64,000 bases of DNA from Candidatus Omnitrophota bacterium. GTDB taxonomy: Bacteria > Omnitrophota > Gorgyraeia > DTHP01. Below are positions 40,028 through 48,969 of this stretch, piece by piece; positions within the stretch are counted from its first letter, which is position 1; each line of letters begins with the position of its first letter. The notes beneath the pieces were generated by a model that saw only the letters and a list, made by a program, of their open reading frames with translations, was not told the DNA's origin and searched no databases. Both the position numbers and the translations under genes were made by a program. The stretch spans positions 154,474 through 218,473 of the forward strand of contig JAMWCW010000001.1 of the NCBI GenBank assembly GCA_023819145.1. Reading direction: 5' to 3'.

Positions 40028-41172
40028 TGGTTAAAAATGAAAAAGTTTTTGTCCGCACTTTCGGCTGTCAGATGAATGTGCGCGATTCTGAGGTGATTGC
40101 CGGTTTACTAACCGCTAACAACTATACGCTCACCACTAACCCCCAGCAAGCCGATATTATCATATTTAACACCTGTTCTGTGCGTCAACATGCGGAAGAC
40201 AAAGTATGGTCAGAAATAGGGAAGTTTAAAAAAAAGCGAAATTCCCCGATGATTGGTCTTGTCGGTTGTATGGCACAGGTATATAAAGAGAAAATTTTTG
40301 AGCGTGTTCCGCAGGTAGATTTTGTAGTGGGTCCATCTGATATCCACAAAATTCCCGAAATAATCAGTAAACTATCCGCTATGCGCTGGCCGCTATACGC
40401 TACTAAAATCTGGGAGACCGGTGGAAACATTCGTCCTGAGGAAATATACCACAGCGGATTTTATGAGGATAAAGAGCATACTTATGTGATTATCTCCGAA
40501 GGTTGTTCCCATTATTGTTCCTATTGTATTGTGCCCTATGTTCGAGGCCCTCTAAGAAATCGGAACTATGCAGATATCATCAAGGAAATAGAAAAAGCAA
40601 TAGATAAAGGTATAACAAAGGTTACTCTTTTAGGTCAGAATGTAAACGCCTATCAATATAATGGCGTTAATTTCGTTAAATTCGTTAATATGGTTAATGC
40701 TGTTAAAGGATTGAAAGAATTCAGCTTTGTTACCTCACACCCTAAAGACACAACTTTAGAACTATTTAAGGCAATGCAAGATTTAGAAAAGTTAAAGAAG
40801 TACCTACACCTACCAGTGCAGTCGGGTTCGGATAGAATCCTAAAATTAATGAATAGAGGTTATACCCGAAAATTATATTTGGATTTAGTAGATAATTATC
40901 GTAAAATTGTTAAAAATGGCATATTAACCACCGATATTATTGTGGGTTTTCCCACAGAGAGTAAAGAGGATTTTCAGGAAACTTACAATTTAGTTAAAGA
41001 GATAGAATTTAATGCAGGTTTTATTTTTAAATATTCTCCTCGCCCCTATACCGAGGCAGAAAAATTGCCTGACGATGTTTCTAAAGAGGAGAAAGTGAGA
41101 AGACATAGATTGGTATTGGAATTGCAGAAGAGAATATCCCTAAATAAAAATGATAAAGCAGAGGCAAAGTAG
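40027..41172 (+). CDS. miaB: tRNA-2-methylthio-N6-dimethylallyladenosine synthase (no C-terminal TRAM domain)
   Basis: RTFGCQMNVRDSE, NTCSVR..AE, GCMAQ, CSHYCSYCIVP, HLPVQSGS, YSPRP.T; upstream of miaA. Confidence 0.92.
   Translation: MVKNEKVFVRTFGCQMNVRDSEVIAGLLTANNYTLTTNPQQADIIIFNTCSVRQHAEDKVWSEIGKFKKKRNSPMIGLVGCMAQVYKEKIFERVPQVDFVVGPSDIHKIPEIISKLSAMRWPLYATKIWETGGNIRPEEIYHSGFYEDKEHTYVIISEGCSHYCSYCIVPYVRGPLRNRNYADIIKEIEKAIDKGITKVTLLGQNVNAYQYNGVNFVKFVNMVNAVKGLKEFSFVTSHPKDTTLELFKAMQDLEKLKKYLHLPVQSGSDRILKLMNRGYTRKLYLDLVDNYRKIVKNGILTTDIIVGFPTESKEDFQETYNLVKEIEFNAGFIFKYSPRPYTEAEKLPDDVSKEEKVRRHRLVLELQKRISLNKNDKAEAK
40106..40140 (+). repeat. Degenerate 5 x 7-nt tandem repeat inside miaB
   Basis: tactaac cgctaac aactata cgctcac cactaac. 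Confidence 0.6.
40370..40404 (+). repeat. Degenerate 5 x 7-nt tandem repeat inside miaB
   Basis: aactatc cgctatg cgctggc cgctata cgctact. Confidence 0.65.
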
Positions 41173-41962
41173 AAATAGCTACCGAAACAAGCGCTTTTTT
41201 AGATTAATAATTATTCTTCTGTGTTTGATGATTTTTGTTTTATTGTGGAGAGATTTTTCTTGGGGAGAGGATTTTGATTATCTTTGGGAAAGTTTTCTTA
41301 AAGGTGATTATCATAAGGTAATCAATACTTCTGAAGGATTGGGGAGTAAAGGTACGCGTGATAAACTCAGTGCCGATTTTTATTATCTCTTAGGAATGAG
41401 TTATCTTCAGATAGGCGATTCTATTCTTGCACGCAATAATTTTAACTTTTTGCTGGAAAAATATGCCCAGAGTGAGTGGAGGGATTATGCCAAACTTGCT
41501 TTGGGAGATTCTTTCTTCATCGAGCATGATTTTACTAAAGCCGCAGAGTTTTATCAGAATTTTATAGAAAAAAATAAAAAATCTCCTCTTTTAAGTTTAG
41601 CCTACTTTAAACTTGCAGAAACAAAACGTAAACAAGGGCTATGGGAGGAGGCAAAAAAACTTTATGAGAAAATAAAATCCGTGTTTCCCCATTCCTTGGA
41701 AGCAAAATTATCCCGGGATATAATTTCCAATAATGAGTTTTTCTTCACTCTTCAGGTGGGTTCTTTCCTTAATAAAGAAAATGCAAACAAGTTGGTTGAG
41801 GAGCTAAATGCCCAGGATTTTCCTGCGTATCTCTCTGGAATTGCAAAATCGGGACAGGTTTATTACCGGGTGCGCGTAGGCAAGTTCTTAAATCGTTCCG
41901 AGTGTGAAAATACACGGAAGAGACTGATTAAAGCTGGATACACCCCTTATCTCTATCCTTGA
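41150..41962 (+). CDS. TPR + SPOR domain protein
   Basis: N-terminal TM, TPR helices, FTLQVGSFLNKENA and YRVRVGKF. Confidence 0.85.
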   Translation: MIKQRQSRNSYRNKRFFRLIIILLCLMIFVLLWRDFSWGEDFDYLWESFLKGDYHKVINTSEGLGSKGTRDKLSADFYYLLGMSYLQIGDSILARNNFNFLLEKYAQSEWRDYAKLALGDSFFIEHDFTKAAEFYQNFIEKNKKSPLLSLAYFKLAETKRKQGLWEEAKKLYEKIKSVFPHSLEAKLSRDIISNNEFFFTLQVGSFLNKENANKLVEELNAQDFPAYLSGIAKSGQVYYRVRVGKFLNRSECENTRKRLIKAGYTPYLYP

Positions 41963-41976
41963 CATAAAAATATAAA

Positions 41977-42912
41977 ATGGCTCTCCTTGTTTTTTTAGTT
42001 GGTCCTACTGCGGTAGGTAAGACTGCTTTAGCTTTAGCACTTGCTCCCCTTATTGATGCCCAGATAGTTTCTTGTGACTCGATGCAAATCTATTCAGGTA
42101 TGGATATTGCTACTTCTAAACCCACTATCGCAGAAAGAGAGATTGTAAAGCATCATATGCTTGATGTGGTTTCCCCCCGGTGCGAATATTCGGTAGCGGA
42201 TTACCGCCGTGACGCTTTAAAGATTATAGAAGGGATAATCAATAACGGAAGAATTCCGCTTATTGTAGGAGGAAGTGGTCTGTATTTTAAGGCATTGTTA
42301 GATGGTATCTTTAACGGGCCATCCAAGGATACAGCTTTGCGCGAGAGTTTATATAAAGAGGCTAGTGAGAGGGGTAATGAATTTCTCTATGAGCGATTAA
42401 AAAAAATAGACCCCGCCACAGCGGAAAAGATTCATTCTCATGATTTAAGGCGAATAATAAGAGCCCTGGAAGTATATTATCTCACAGGAATGCCTATTTC
42501 CGTATTACGAAGACACACCACCGGTCTTTTTTCACACTACAAGACCGTTATCTATGGTTTAATCCGTCCGAAGAAAGAACTCTATCAAATTATAGATGAG
42601 AGAGTGGAAATGATGTTTGCAAGAGGGTTACTTCCTGAGATAGAGAGGTTGAAAAACATAAAGATTACGCCTATCGCTCAACAGTGCTTGGGTTATAGAG
42701 AAATAACCGCTTTTTTAGAAGGGAAAATTACTCTTGATGAGGCAAAAGAGTTATTAAAACGCCATACGCGGCAATTTGCTAAACGCCAGCTTACTTGGTT
42801 TCTTCGGGATAAGCGGATTAAATGGATTAACCTGGATAATTCTGTTGATATAAATACCTTGGCCAAAGAATTAGCCAACGAAATAAAACAATTTTCTCAT
42901 TTAACCATTTAA
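41977..42912 (+). CDS. miaA: tRNA dimethylallyltransferase
   Basis: GPTAVGKT, DSMQIY.GMDI.TSKP, GGSGLY, TRQFAKRQLTWF. Confidence 0.97.
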   Translation: MALLVFLVGPTAVGKTALALALAPLIDAQIVSCDSMQIYSGMDIATSKPTIAEREIVKHHMLDVVSPRCEYSVADYRRDALKIIEGIINNGRIPLIVGGSGLYFKALLDGIFNGPSKDTALRESLYKEASERGNEFLYERLKKIDPATAEKIHSHDLRRIIRALEVYYLTGMPISVLRRHTTGLFSHYKTVIYGLIRPKKELYQIIDERVEMMFARGLLPEIERLKNIKITPIAQQCLGYREITAFLEGKITLDEAKELLKRHTRQFAKRQLTWFLRDKRIKWINLDNSVDINTLAKELANEIKQFSHLTI

Positions 42913-42924
42913 CCATACTTCTAT

Positions 42925-44181
42925 ATGGAACGAGCAATTTTAGTAATTACCCATCTAAAACAGGAAAAAAAAGGCTGGGATCTTGAGGATGATGCCCAGG
43001 AATTGGAAGAGTTAACTTTGTCTTCAGGTGGCGAGGTGTTAGAAAAAATAACCGTGGAGATAAAAAAACCACATCCTGCCTATTTTATTGGACGGGGTAA
43101 GGTTCAAGAGATTGCCATTAGTGCTCAAAGAAACGGTGCAGAGGTGGTTATATTTAGCGATAATCTTTCTAGTACCCAGCAGAGAAACCTTGAAGAGATT
43201 ATTCAGGTTAAAACTATTGATAGGACACAGTTAATTCTTGATATATTTGCTCGTCATGCGCGGAGTATGGAAGGCAAGATTCAGGTGGAACTGGCGCAGT
43301 TAGAATATCTTTATCCTCGTCTTACGGGTAAAGGGATTATGCTTTCCCGTTTGGGAGGGGGCATTGGAACACGTGGACCGGGTGAACAAAAGTTGGAGGT
43401 TGACCGAAGGAGGATTAGGAAACGCATTGCCAAATTGAAAAATGATTTAGAGCTGATAAAATCAAGAAGAGATACGTTGAGAAAGAAAAGAAAAGAGCTT
43501 GATATTCCCCTTGTAGCGATCATTGGTTATACCAATGCTGGTAAAACCACTCTTCTCAATACCCTTACTGCCTCCCAGGAATTGGTGCAGAATAGTTTAT
43601 TCAGCACTCTTGATGCAGTTTCCCGAAGATACATTTTACCGGATAAACAAAGGATTCTCTTTATAGATACAGTGGGGTTCCTTCATAAGCTTCCCCATGG
43701 ACTCATTGAAGCATTCAAATCCACTTTAGAGGAGGTAAAAGAAGCAGATATTCTCTTACATGTTCTGGATATTTCTGACCCGCTGGCGCAAAAAAAGAAA
43801 GAAGCGGTTTATGAAGTTCTGTCAGAATTGGAAGCAATAGGCAAGCCGATTATTACTGCTCTGAATAAGATAGACAGATTGGAGAATAAGGAAGTTCTTG
43901 AGAATAAGCTTTCACGTTATGAAAATGCGGTAGCAGTTTCTGCGTTGTATGGGATGGGATTAGAACTGCTTATAAATAAAATCACCACTATCCTTAAATC
44001 CCGATTGGTTTCTCTAAAAATATTTCTTCCTTTAAAAGAAGCAAAATTTATTTCACTTATCCATCGAGAAGGAAGGGTCATTAAGGAAGAATATTCCCCT
44101 CAGGGGGTTTATCTTGAAGCAGAGATTCCTTGTTTGCTAAAAGAGCGCATTGTTTCCAGTTGGAAAAGTTTTGCAAAATAA
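42925..44181 (+). CDS. hflX: GTPase HflX
   Basis: LILDIFARHA, GGGIGTRGPGE, GYTNAGKT, DTVGF, NKID. Confidence 0.97.
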   Translation: MERAILVITHLKQEKKGWDLEDDAQELEELTLSSGGEVLEKITVEIKKPHPAYFIGRGKVQEIAISAQRNGAEVVIFSDNLSSTQQRNLEEIIQVKTIDRTQLILDIFARHARSMEGKIQVELAQLEYLYPRLTGKGIMLSRLGGGIGTRGPGEQKLEVDRRRIRKRIAKLKNDLELIKSRRDTLRKKRKELDIPLVAIIGYTNAGKTTLLNTLTASQELVQNSLFSTLDAVSRRYILPDKQRILFIDTVGFLHKLPHGLIEAFKSTLEEVKEADILLHVLDISDPLAQKKKEAVYEVLSELEAIGKPIITALNKIDRLENKEVLENKLSRYENAVAVSALYGMGLELLINKITTILKSRLVSLKIFLPLKEAKFISLIHREGRVIKEEYSPQGVYLEAEIPCLLKERIVSSWKSFAK

Positions 44182-44199
44182 AGCAACATTTTGTATAAT
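44171..44199 (+). promoter_or_regulatory. Putative sigma70 promoter, near-leaderless to the HAD gene
   Basis: TTGCAA-17nt-TATAAT, 9 nt before the ATG at 44209. Confidence 0.55.
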
Positions 44200-44208
44200 A
44201 TTTCACCC

Positions 44209-44817
44209 ATGAAGATAAAGACCATAATTTTTGACTTGGGAAATGTTTTGATTAGATTTAGCCATTCTATCGCGGCAAAGAAACTTACTCAGTATAGTCC
44301 CTATAGTCACGAAGAAATTCATAATCTTATTTTTGATTCAAACATTGTTTCCCGTTACGAGACAGGGAAGATAAAGACAAAAGATTTCTTTTTCCGCCTT
44401 AAGAAACTTCTAAAACTAAACATCGGTTATCTTGAATTACGCAGAATCTGGAATGAGATTTTCTTTGCTAATCCCCCTGTAGAGCTGATTGTTAAGAAAT
44501 TGAAGGGGAGATACCGTTTGATTTTGCTTTCTAACATAAACTATTCCCATTTTGCTTATATCAAAGAGAAATTCCCGGTGGTAGGAGAATTTGACCGGAT
44601 CATTCTTTCTTATCGGGTGGGTTTCAGGAAACCACATCCTTTGATATACAAGAAGGCAATAGAAGTGAGCAATTGTTTGCCTGGGGAGATTCTCTATATT
44701 GATGACCGTGTGGATTTGGTTTCCGCAGCCCTTGTGTTGGGGATAAATGCGCTATGTTTTAGGACAGTGGGAGAGTTAAAGAAAGCAATGGGACGATTGG
44801 GAGTAAATAGCTTATAA
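44209..44817 (+). CDS. HAD-family phosphatase (YihX-like)
   Basis: IFDLGNVL, LLSN, RKPHP.IY, YIDD. Confidence 0.88.
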   Translation: MKIKTIIFDLGNVLIRFSHSIAAKKLTQYSPYSHEEIHNLIFDSNIVSRYETGKIKTKDFFFRLKKLLKLNIGYLELRRIWNEIFFANPPVELIVKKLKGRYRLILLSNINYSHFAYIKEKFPVVGEFDRIILSYRVGFRKPHPLIYKKAIEVSNCLPGEILYIDDRVDLVSAALVLGINALCFRTVGELKKAMGRLGVNSL

Positions 44818-44823
44818 AAAGAT

Positions 44824-45258
44824 ATGGATATTGAGTTCTACAAAAAAATTAAAGAGATACTAAAAGTTGATCCCCGTTATAAAATTTCTGCCTATGAATT
44901 TTTATTTCAGGCGCTTTTCTATACTCAGACAAAATTGAATCGGCGCGGTCATGTTACGGGGAAAGAACTTCTGGAGGGGATAAAAGAGTATGCAGTAGAG
45001 CAGTTTGGGCCACTGGCTCAAAGTGTTCTTGAAGATTGGGGAGTAGAAAAAACCGATGATTTTGGAGAAATAGTTTTTAGCTTAATAGATAAGGGGTTGC
45101 TTAAGAAGACCGAAGAAGACTCGCTTGAGGATTTTAAAGGAGTATACGATTTTCAAGAAGCATTTAATGAGGAATATAAAAAACGACTGCGGGAGGAAAT
45201 TAAGCGTGTCCTCAGTATATCGGAGTATCCTTCAAAGAAGGACGATAAGAAGCTTTAA
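44824..45258 (+). CDS. Minf_1886-family protein
   Basis: DPRY...AYEF, HVTGKELL.G, QFGPLA..VL..WG, DFGEIVF.L, EDS..DF..VYDF. Confidence 0.8.
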   Translation: MDIEFYKKIKEILKVDPRYKISAYEFLFQALFYTQTKLNRRGHVTGKELLEGIKEYAVEQFGPLAQSVLEDWGVEKTDDFGEIVFSLIDKGLLKKTEEDSLEDFKGVYDFQEAFNEEYKKRLREEIKRVLSISEYPSKKDDKKL

Positions 45259-45826
45259 ATCCAAGAAAATTCCTCGCTCTATTTTGAGAAAATTGGTAAA
45301 TGCCGGCAGGCTTGCTCCCTCCGCCGCCAATCTGCAACCTTTGGAATTTCTGGTGGTAGACAAGAAAAAACTTTCCCAAAGCATTTTCCCTTTTCTTAAT
45401 TGGGCAGGCTATATCTCACCTTATGGAACACCACCCCAGCATAAAAGGCCGGTTAGTTATATTTTGATTCTTGTCAATAAAAGGAAGGAAAATCCCCAAT
45501 ATAGTCCTTACGATGTGGGAGCTGCTGTGGAGAACATTATTCTTACTGCTTGGGAGTTAGGGATAGGAGTTTGCTGGATTAAGTCGATGCAGAAAGAAAA
45601 AATCTCTTCCTTATTTAATTTACCTGATTATCTAAATTTGGATTCTGTGCTTGCTTTAGGTTATCGCGATGAGATGCCGAGGTTAGAGGTATTGAAAGAT
45701 TCGGTAAAATACTGGAAAGACAAGTTTGGTCGGCTCCATGTACCCAAGCGTAAATTATCCGAAGTTTTGCATATAAATCGGATGGAAAGAGGAGAAAGCG
45801 ATTTCTATTTCTTAACGGAGAGATAA
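45206..45826 (+). CDS. Nitroreductase family protein
   Basis: RRTIRSF, APSAANLQP, DVGAAVENI.L.A..LGIG.CW; GTG at 45206 after GGGAGG. Confidence 0.9.
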   Translation: MSSVYRSILQRRTIRSFKSKKIPRSILRKLVNAGRLAPSAANLQPLEFLVVDKKKLSQSIFPFLNWAGYISPYGTPPQHKRPVSYILILVNKRKENPQYSPYDVGAAVENIILTAWELGIGVCWIKSMQKEKISSLFNLPDYLNLDSVLALGYRDEMPRLEVLKDSVKYWKDKFGRLHVPKRKLSEVLHINRMERGESDFYFLTER

Positions 45827-45870
45827 TTTTTGGTATTTTCTTTAACTCTTTAACTAATATACGCTTATCT

Positions 45871-46542
45871 ATGACGAGAGTAATTTTTGATATTGAGACG
45901 ATCGGAGAAGATTTTGAGAATCTCGATGAGACCTCCAAGGAGTATATGCTTAAATATTCTGAGACCGAGGAAGACAAAGAGTCAGTGCGTCAGTCTTTGG
46001 GTTTTTATCCGCTTACGGGTGAAATCGTGGCTATTGGCATGCTCAATCCAGACACAGACAAAGGGGTAGTGTATTTCCAAGCACCGGGGACAGAATTAAC
46101 AAGATTAGTTGAAGACAATGTAGAATTTGTGCAGGGAGATGAGCAAGAAATCCTTATGCAATTCTGGCAGACCATAAGGCGCTATGACCAATTTATTACC
46201 TTTAACGGGAGAAGTTTTGATTGTCCTTATATTATGATTCGTTCTGCGATTCACAAAATAAAACCCACGCGGAATCTCATGCCTTATCGTTATGACTCCA
46301 AAGAACACATTGATTTACTGGACTTATTTACTTTTTACGGAGCAGTAAGAAAGAGATTCAGTTTACATATGTGGTGCAGAGCCTTTGGCATAAAAAGCCC
46401 TAAAGAAGAAGGCATCACCGGCGATACAGTTAAGGATTTCTTTAAGGAGAAGAAATTTTTAGAAATCGCACGGTATTGTTTAGGAGATTTATACGCCACC
46501 AAAGAACTCTATTTTTACTGGGATAAATACATCAAGGTCTAA
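45871..46542 (+). CDS. PolB-like 3'-5' exonuclease (RNase H-like) protein
   Basis: FDIETI, TFNGRSFD.P, HIDL, IARYC..D. Confidence 0.85.
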   Translation: MTRVIFDIETIGEDFENLDETSKEYMLKYSETEEDKESVRQSLGFYPLTGEIVAIGMLNPDTDKGVVYFQAPGTELTRLVEDNVEFVQGDEQEILMQFWQTIRRYDQFITFNGRSFDCPYIMIRSAIHKIKPTRNLMPYRYDSKEHIDLLDLFTFYGAVRKRFSLHMWCRAFGIKSPKEEGITGDTVKDFFKEKKFLEIARYCLGDLYATKELYFYWDKYIKV

Positions 46543-46560
46543 AATTTCTTTCCAGAATAA

Positions 46561-47640
46561 ATGGATAAGTCTATTGTTTTTTTTATTCCTGCAGAGCAAA
46601 GCAAAGACATAGAGCGTTTGGGATATCTTTTAAAAGTCCTTATCAAAGAGAGTGAATTGCTTGAGGATACCGAGAAGCATTCCTTGGTTGCCATAAAGCT
46701 TACCTTTGGGGAAAAAGACAATAAGGGTTTTCTTGATCCACGTTTGGTAAAAATTATTGTGGAGAGATTAAAAAAAAAGGGAGCAAAACCTTTTCTCACC
46801 GATACCAATGTAATTTATCCGGGAAAGAGAACCAATGCCGTAGACCATTTAGAGCTTGCTTCTGGGCATGGTTTTAGCTGGGAGGCATTAAATTGTCCAC
46901 TTTTTATCGGCGATGGTCTTCTGGGTGAGAGTAGTCGTGAGTTGGAGATAGATAAGAAGCATATTAAAAGTGCCCACATCGCCCCTTTTATTTTTTATAT
47001 AGAGCATTTAATTTCCCTTGCTCATTTTACAGGACATCTGCTTACCGGTTTTGGAGCGACATTAAAGAATCTGGGAATGGGTCTTGCTACCCGTAAGGGA
47101 AAATTGCAACTGCATGCCAATATCAAACCTAAGGTTATCGCTAAGAATTGCCGTTTTTGCAAACTTTGCATCGCAAACTGTCCAACGAAGGCAATTGTCG
47201 AGAAAGAGAATTTTTGTTTCATCCAAGAAGAACGATGTTTAGGTTGTGGCGAGTGTTTGGTAGCCTGTAAATTTAATGCTATCGAAGTTGACTATGGTGA
47301 AGAGGTCAATATTCTTTGTGAGAAGATAATAGAGTATGCCTATGCAGTTTTAAAAGGTGTAAAAAGAAAGGCATTTTTTAATTTTCTGGTGCATATTACC
47401 AAAGAATGCGATTGTATGGCTAAAGACGACCCTTTAGTTATTCCCGACATCGGCATTTTAGCTTCTACTGACCCTGTAGCCGTCGACAAGGCAGGAGTGG
47501 ATTTAGCAAGAGAGAAGGCAGGGAGAGATATTTTTAAAGAGTTACATCCCAAATCTGCACGATGCGAAATTCAATTAGAATATGCCCAAAATATTGGATT
47601 AGGAAGTTTAGATTATGAATTAATAACTTTAAAATCATAG
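46561..47640 (+). CDS. DUF362 Fe-S protein with 2[4Fe-4S] ferredoxin insert
   Basis: KLTFGE, HFTGH..TGFGA.LKNLGMG, CRFCKLC..NCP, CLGCGEC..AC, ECDC, DPVAVD. Confidence 0.9.
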   Translation: MDKSIVFFIPAEQSKDIERLGYLLKVLIKESELLEDTEKHSLVAIKLTFGEKDNKGFLDPRLVKIIVERLKKKGAKPFLTDTNVIYPGKRTNAVDHLELASGHGFSWEALNCPLFIGDGLLGESSRELEIDKKHIKSAHIAPFIFYIEHLISLAHFTGHLLTGFGATLKNLGMGLATRKGKLQLHANIKPKVIAKNCRFCKLCIANCPTKAIVEKENFCFIQEERCLGCGECLVACKFNAIEVDYGEEVNILCEKIIEYAYAVLKGVKRKAFFNFLVHITKECDCMAKDDPLVIPDIGILASTDPVAVDKAGVDLAREKAGRDIFKELHPKSARCEIQLEYAQNIGLGSLDYELITLKS

Positions 47641-47653
47641 AAAGGAGGTAAAC

Positions 47654-48343
47654 GTGTTTTTCCTTATCTTTAAGACAGTATTGTTTTTTTTCTTTCTCGT
47701 AAATAGCGTATCAGCCGCCCCTACCTGTGGCACGATTGTCCCTGGGAGGAATAAGTTCCAGTGGGGATTAGCGATTAATTCTATCCAGAAATACAGAATG
47801 AAGGGGGCGGTAAATAAGATAGATTTTAAAAGCAATCAGGCGTTTTTAACCCTTGCTTACGGAATTCTTAATAAACTTGTTTTGGACGGAAAATTGGGAA
47901 TTGGCTCTATCAAAAATGATTATGTAAATAACAACGACTTTGATTACGATACCGGATGGGGAGGGGGTTATGGCTTGAGATTTAAACTTTATGAAAATGA
48001 AAACCAAAAGACAAAAATAATTTTGGGTGCACATCATATAAGTATTCATCCTCCTGATGAAGAGTTAAATTCCGTTGAGTATAAAACCATATTAGATGAC
48101 AACCAGTTTGATGCCCTTTTCTCTAAAGATTATGACTTTGGTACCCCTTATGTGGGTCTGAAATTATCCCGCAGTAGGCTCTTGCGTCGGGATAATAACG
48201 GGAATAGTTCCTTTCACTCACCCTGGAAGATAGGAGTGGTTTTTGGTTATGATAGAGAAGTTTCCCAAAACACTTTTCTTAATCTGGAGATGCGTTTTAT
48301 TGATGAGATCTCCTTTAGCCTTGGGCTTTCTCGTCTATTTTAG
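47654..48343 (+). CDS. Putative outer-membrane beta-barrel protein
   Basis: Signal peptide, alternating beta-strand pattern, C-terminal Phe; GTG start after AGGAGG. Confidence 0.65.
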   Translation: MFFLIFKTVLFFFFLVNSVSAAPTCGTIVPGRNKFQWGLAINSIQKYRMKGAVNKIDFKSNQAFLTLAYGILNKLVLDGKLGIGSIKNDYVNNNDFDYDTGWGGGYGLRFKLYENENQKTKIILGAHHISIHPPDEELNSVEYKTILDDNQFDALFSKDYDFGTPYVGLKLSRSRLLRRDNNGNSSFHSPWKIGVVFGYDREVSQNTFLNLEMRFIDEISFSLGLSRLF

Positions 48344-48346
48344 CAC

Positions 48347-48374
48347 TTGACAAATTTTAGGACTATGTTATAAT
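48347..48374 (+). promoter_or_regulatory. Putative sigma70 promoter
   Basis: TTGACA-16nt-TATAAT with an extended -10 TG. Confidence 0.65.
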
Positions 48375-48421
48375 TTTAATAGAAAAACTTAAGGCAAGTT
48401 AGCTTCTAAACTTCCCAAGAA

Positions 48422-48850
48422 ATGGCTATTTATTGTTGTCCTAAATGTGAACTGTGGAATTCTTGCTCTACCAAGTGGCTCCGCTCAGAGAAAGGTGAGG
48501 AGAATCTTTGTTGTAGTTCCTGTTCCGCTTATAAAGATTGCCTCAGAAAAGACATCGAAAAACTTCTGGAAGAAAAAGCAGTAAAAATTGATTGGCTAAG
48601 AGAGCAGTTGGATGAGGCGATCAATCCCGAAACAATAGTTTCCTCGGAAAATATCTACGGTTTAAATCTACGCGATTTTAAAGCCTTTGTGGCTAACTAT
48701 GCGCTTACAGGTTTCTGGATACTTCTTGGTCTGGAAACAAAGTTGTTACAGCAGAGTATTCTTTATACCATCTCCATTATTCCTTGCCTTCTCGTCTTTT
48801 GGATAATTTTGAGAAAGGTGCAGAAATCCGTATCCATAGCAAAAGCTTAA
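48422..48850 (+). CDS. Cys-rich hypothetical membrane protein
   Basis: CCPKC..C and CC..C..C in the N-terminus; two C-terminal hydrophobic segments. Confidence 0.6.
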   Translation: MAIYCCPKCELWNSCSTKWLRSEKGEENLCCSSCSAYKDCLRKDIEKLLEEKAVKIDWLREQLDEAINPETIVSSENIYGLNLRDFKAFVANYALTGFWILLGLETKLLQQSILYTISIIPCLLVFWIILRKVQKSVSIAKA

Positions 48851-48896
48851 ATTCTCAAATTCTCAATTTCTTAATTTTATAATTTTATTTTTACCA

Positions 48897-48925
48897 TTGC
48901 ATATTTTTATTTTTTGTGTTAACAT
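48897..48925 (+). promoter_or_regulatory. Putative sigma70 promoter
   Basis: TTGCAT-17nt-TAACAT with an extended -10 TG. Confidence 0.45.
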
Positions 48926-48969
48926 TACATTCCTAAATTTAAAGAATATTTTTTAAAAAGGAGGTAGAG

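Noticed and set aside
42913-42924. hfq expected between miaA and hflX
   Set aside because: Only 12 nt separate the genes; absence of hfq is common outside Proteobacteria and Firmicutes.
44191-44208. Rex operator-like TTGTATAATATTTCACCC
   Set aside because: Only 10/14 matches to TTGTGAA-N4-TTCACAA, and the sequence is explained by a -10 box in AT-rich DNA.
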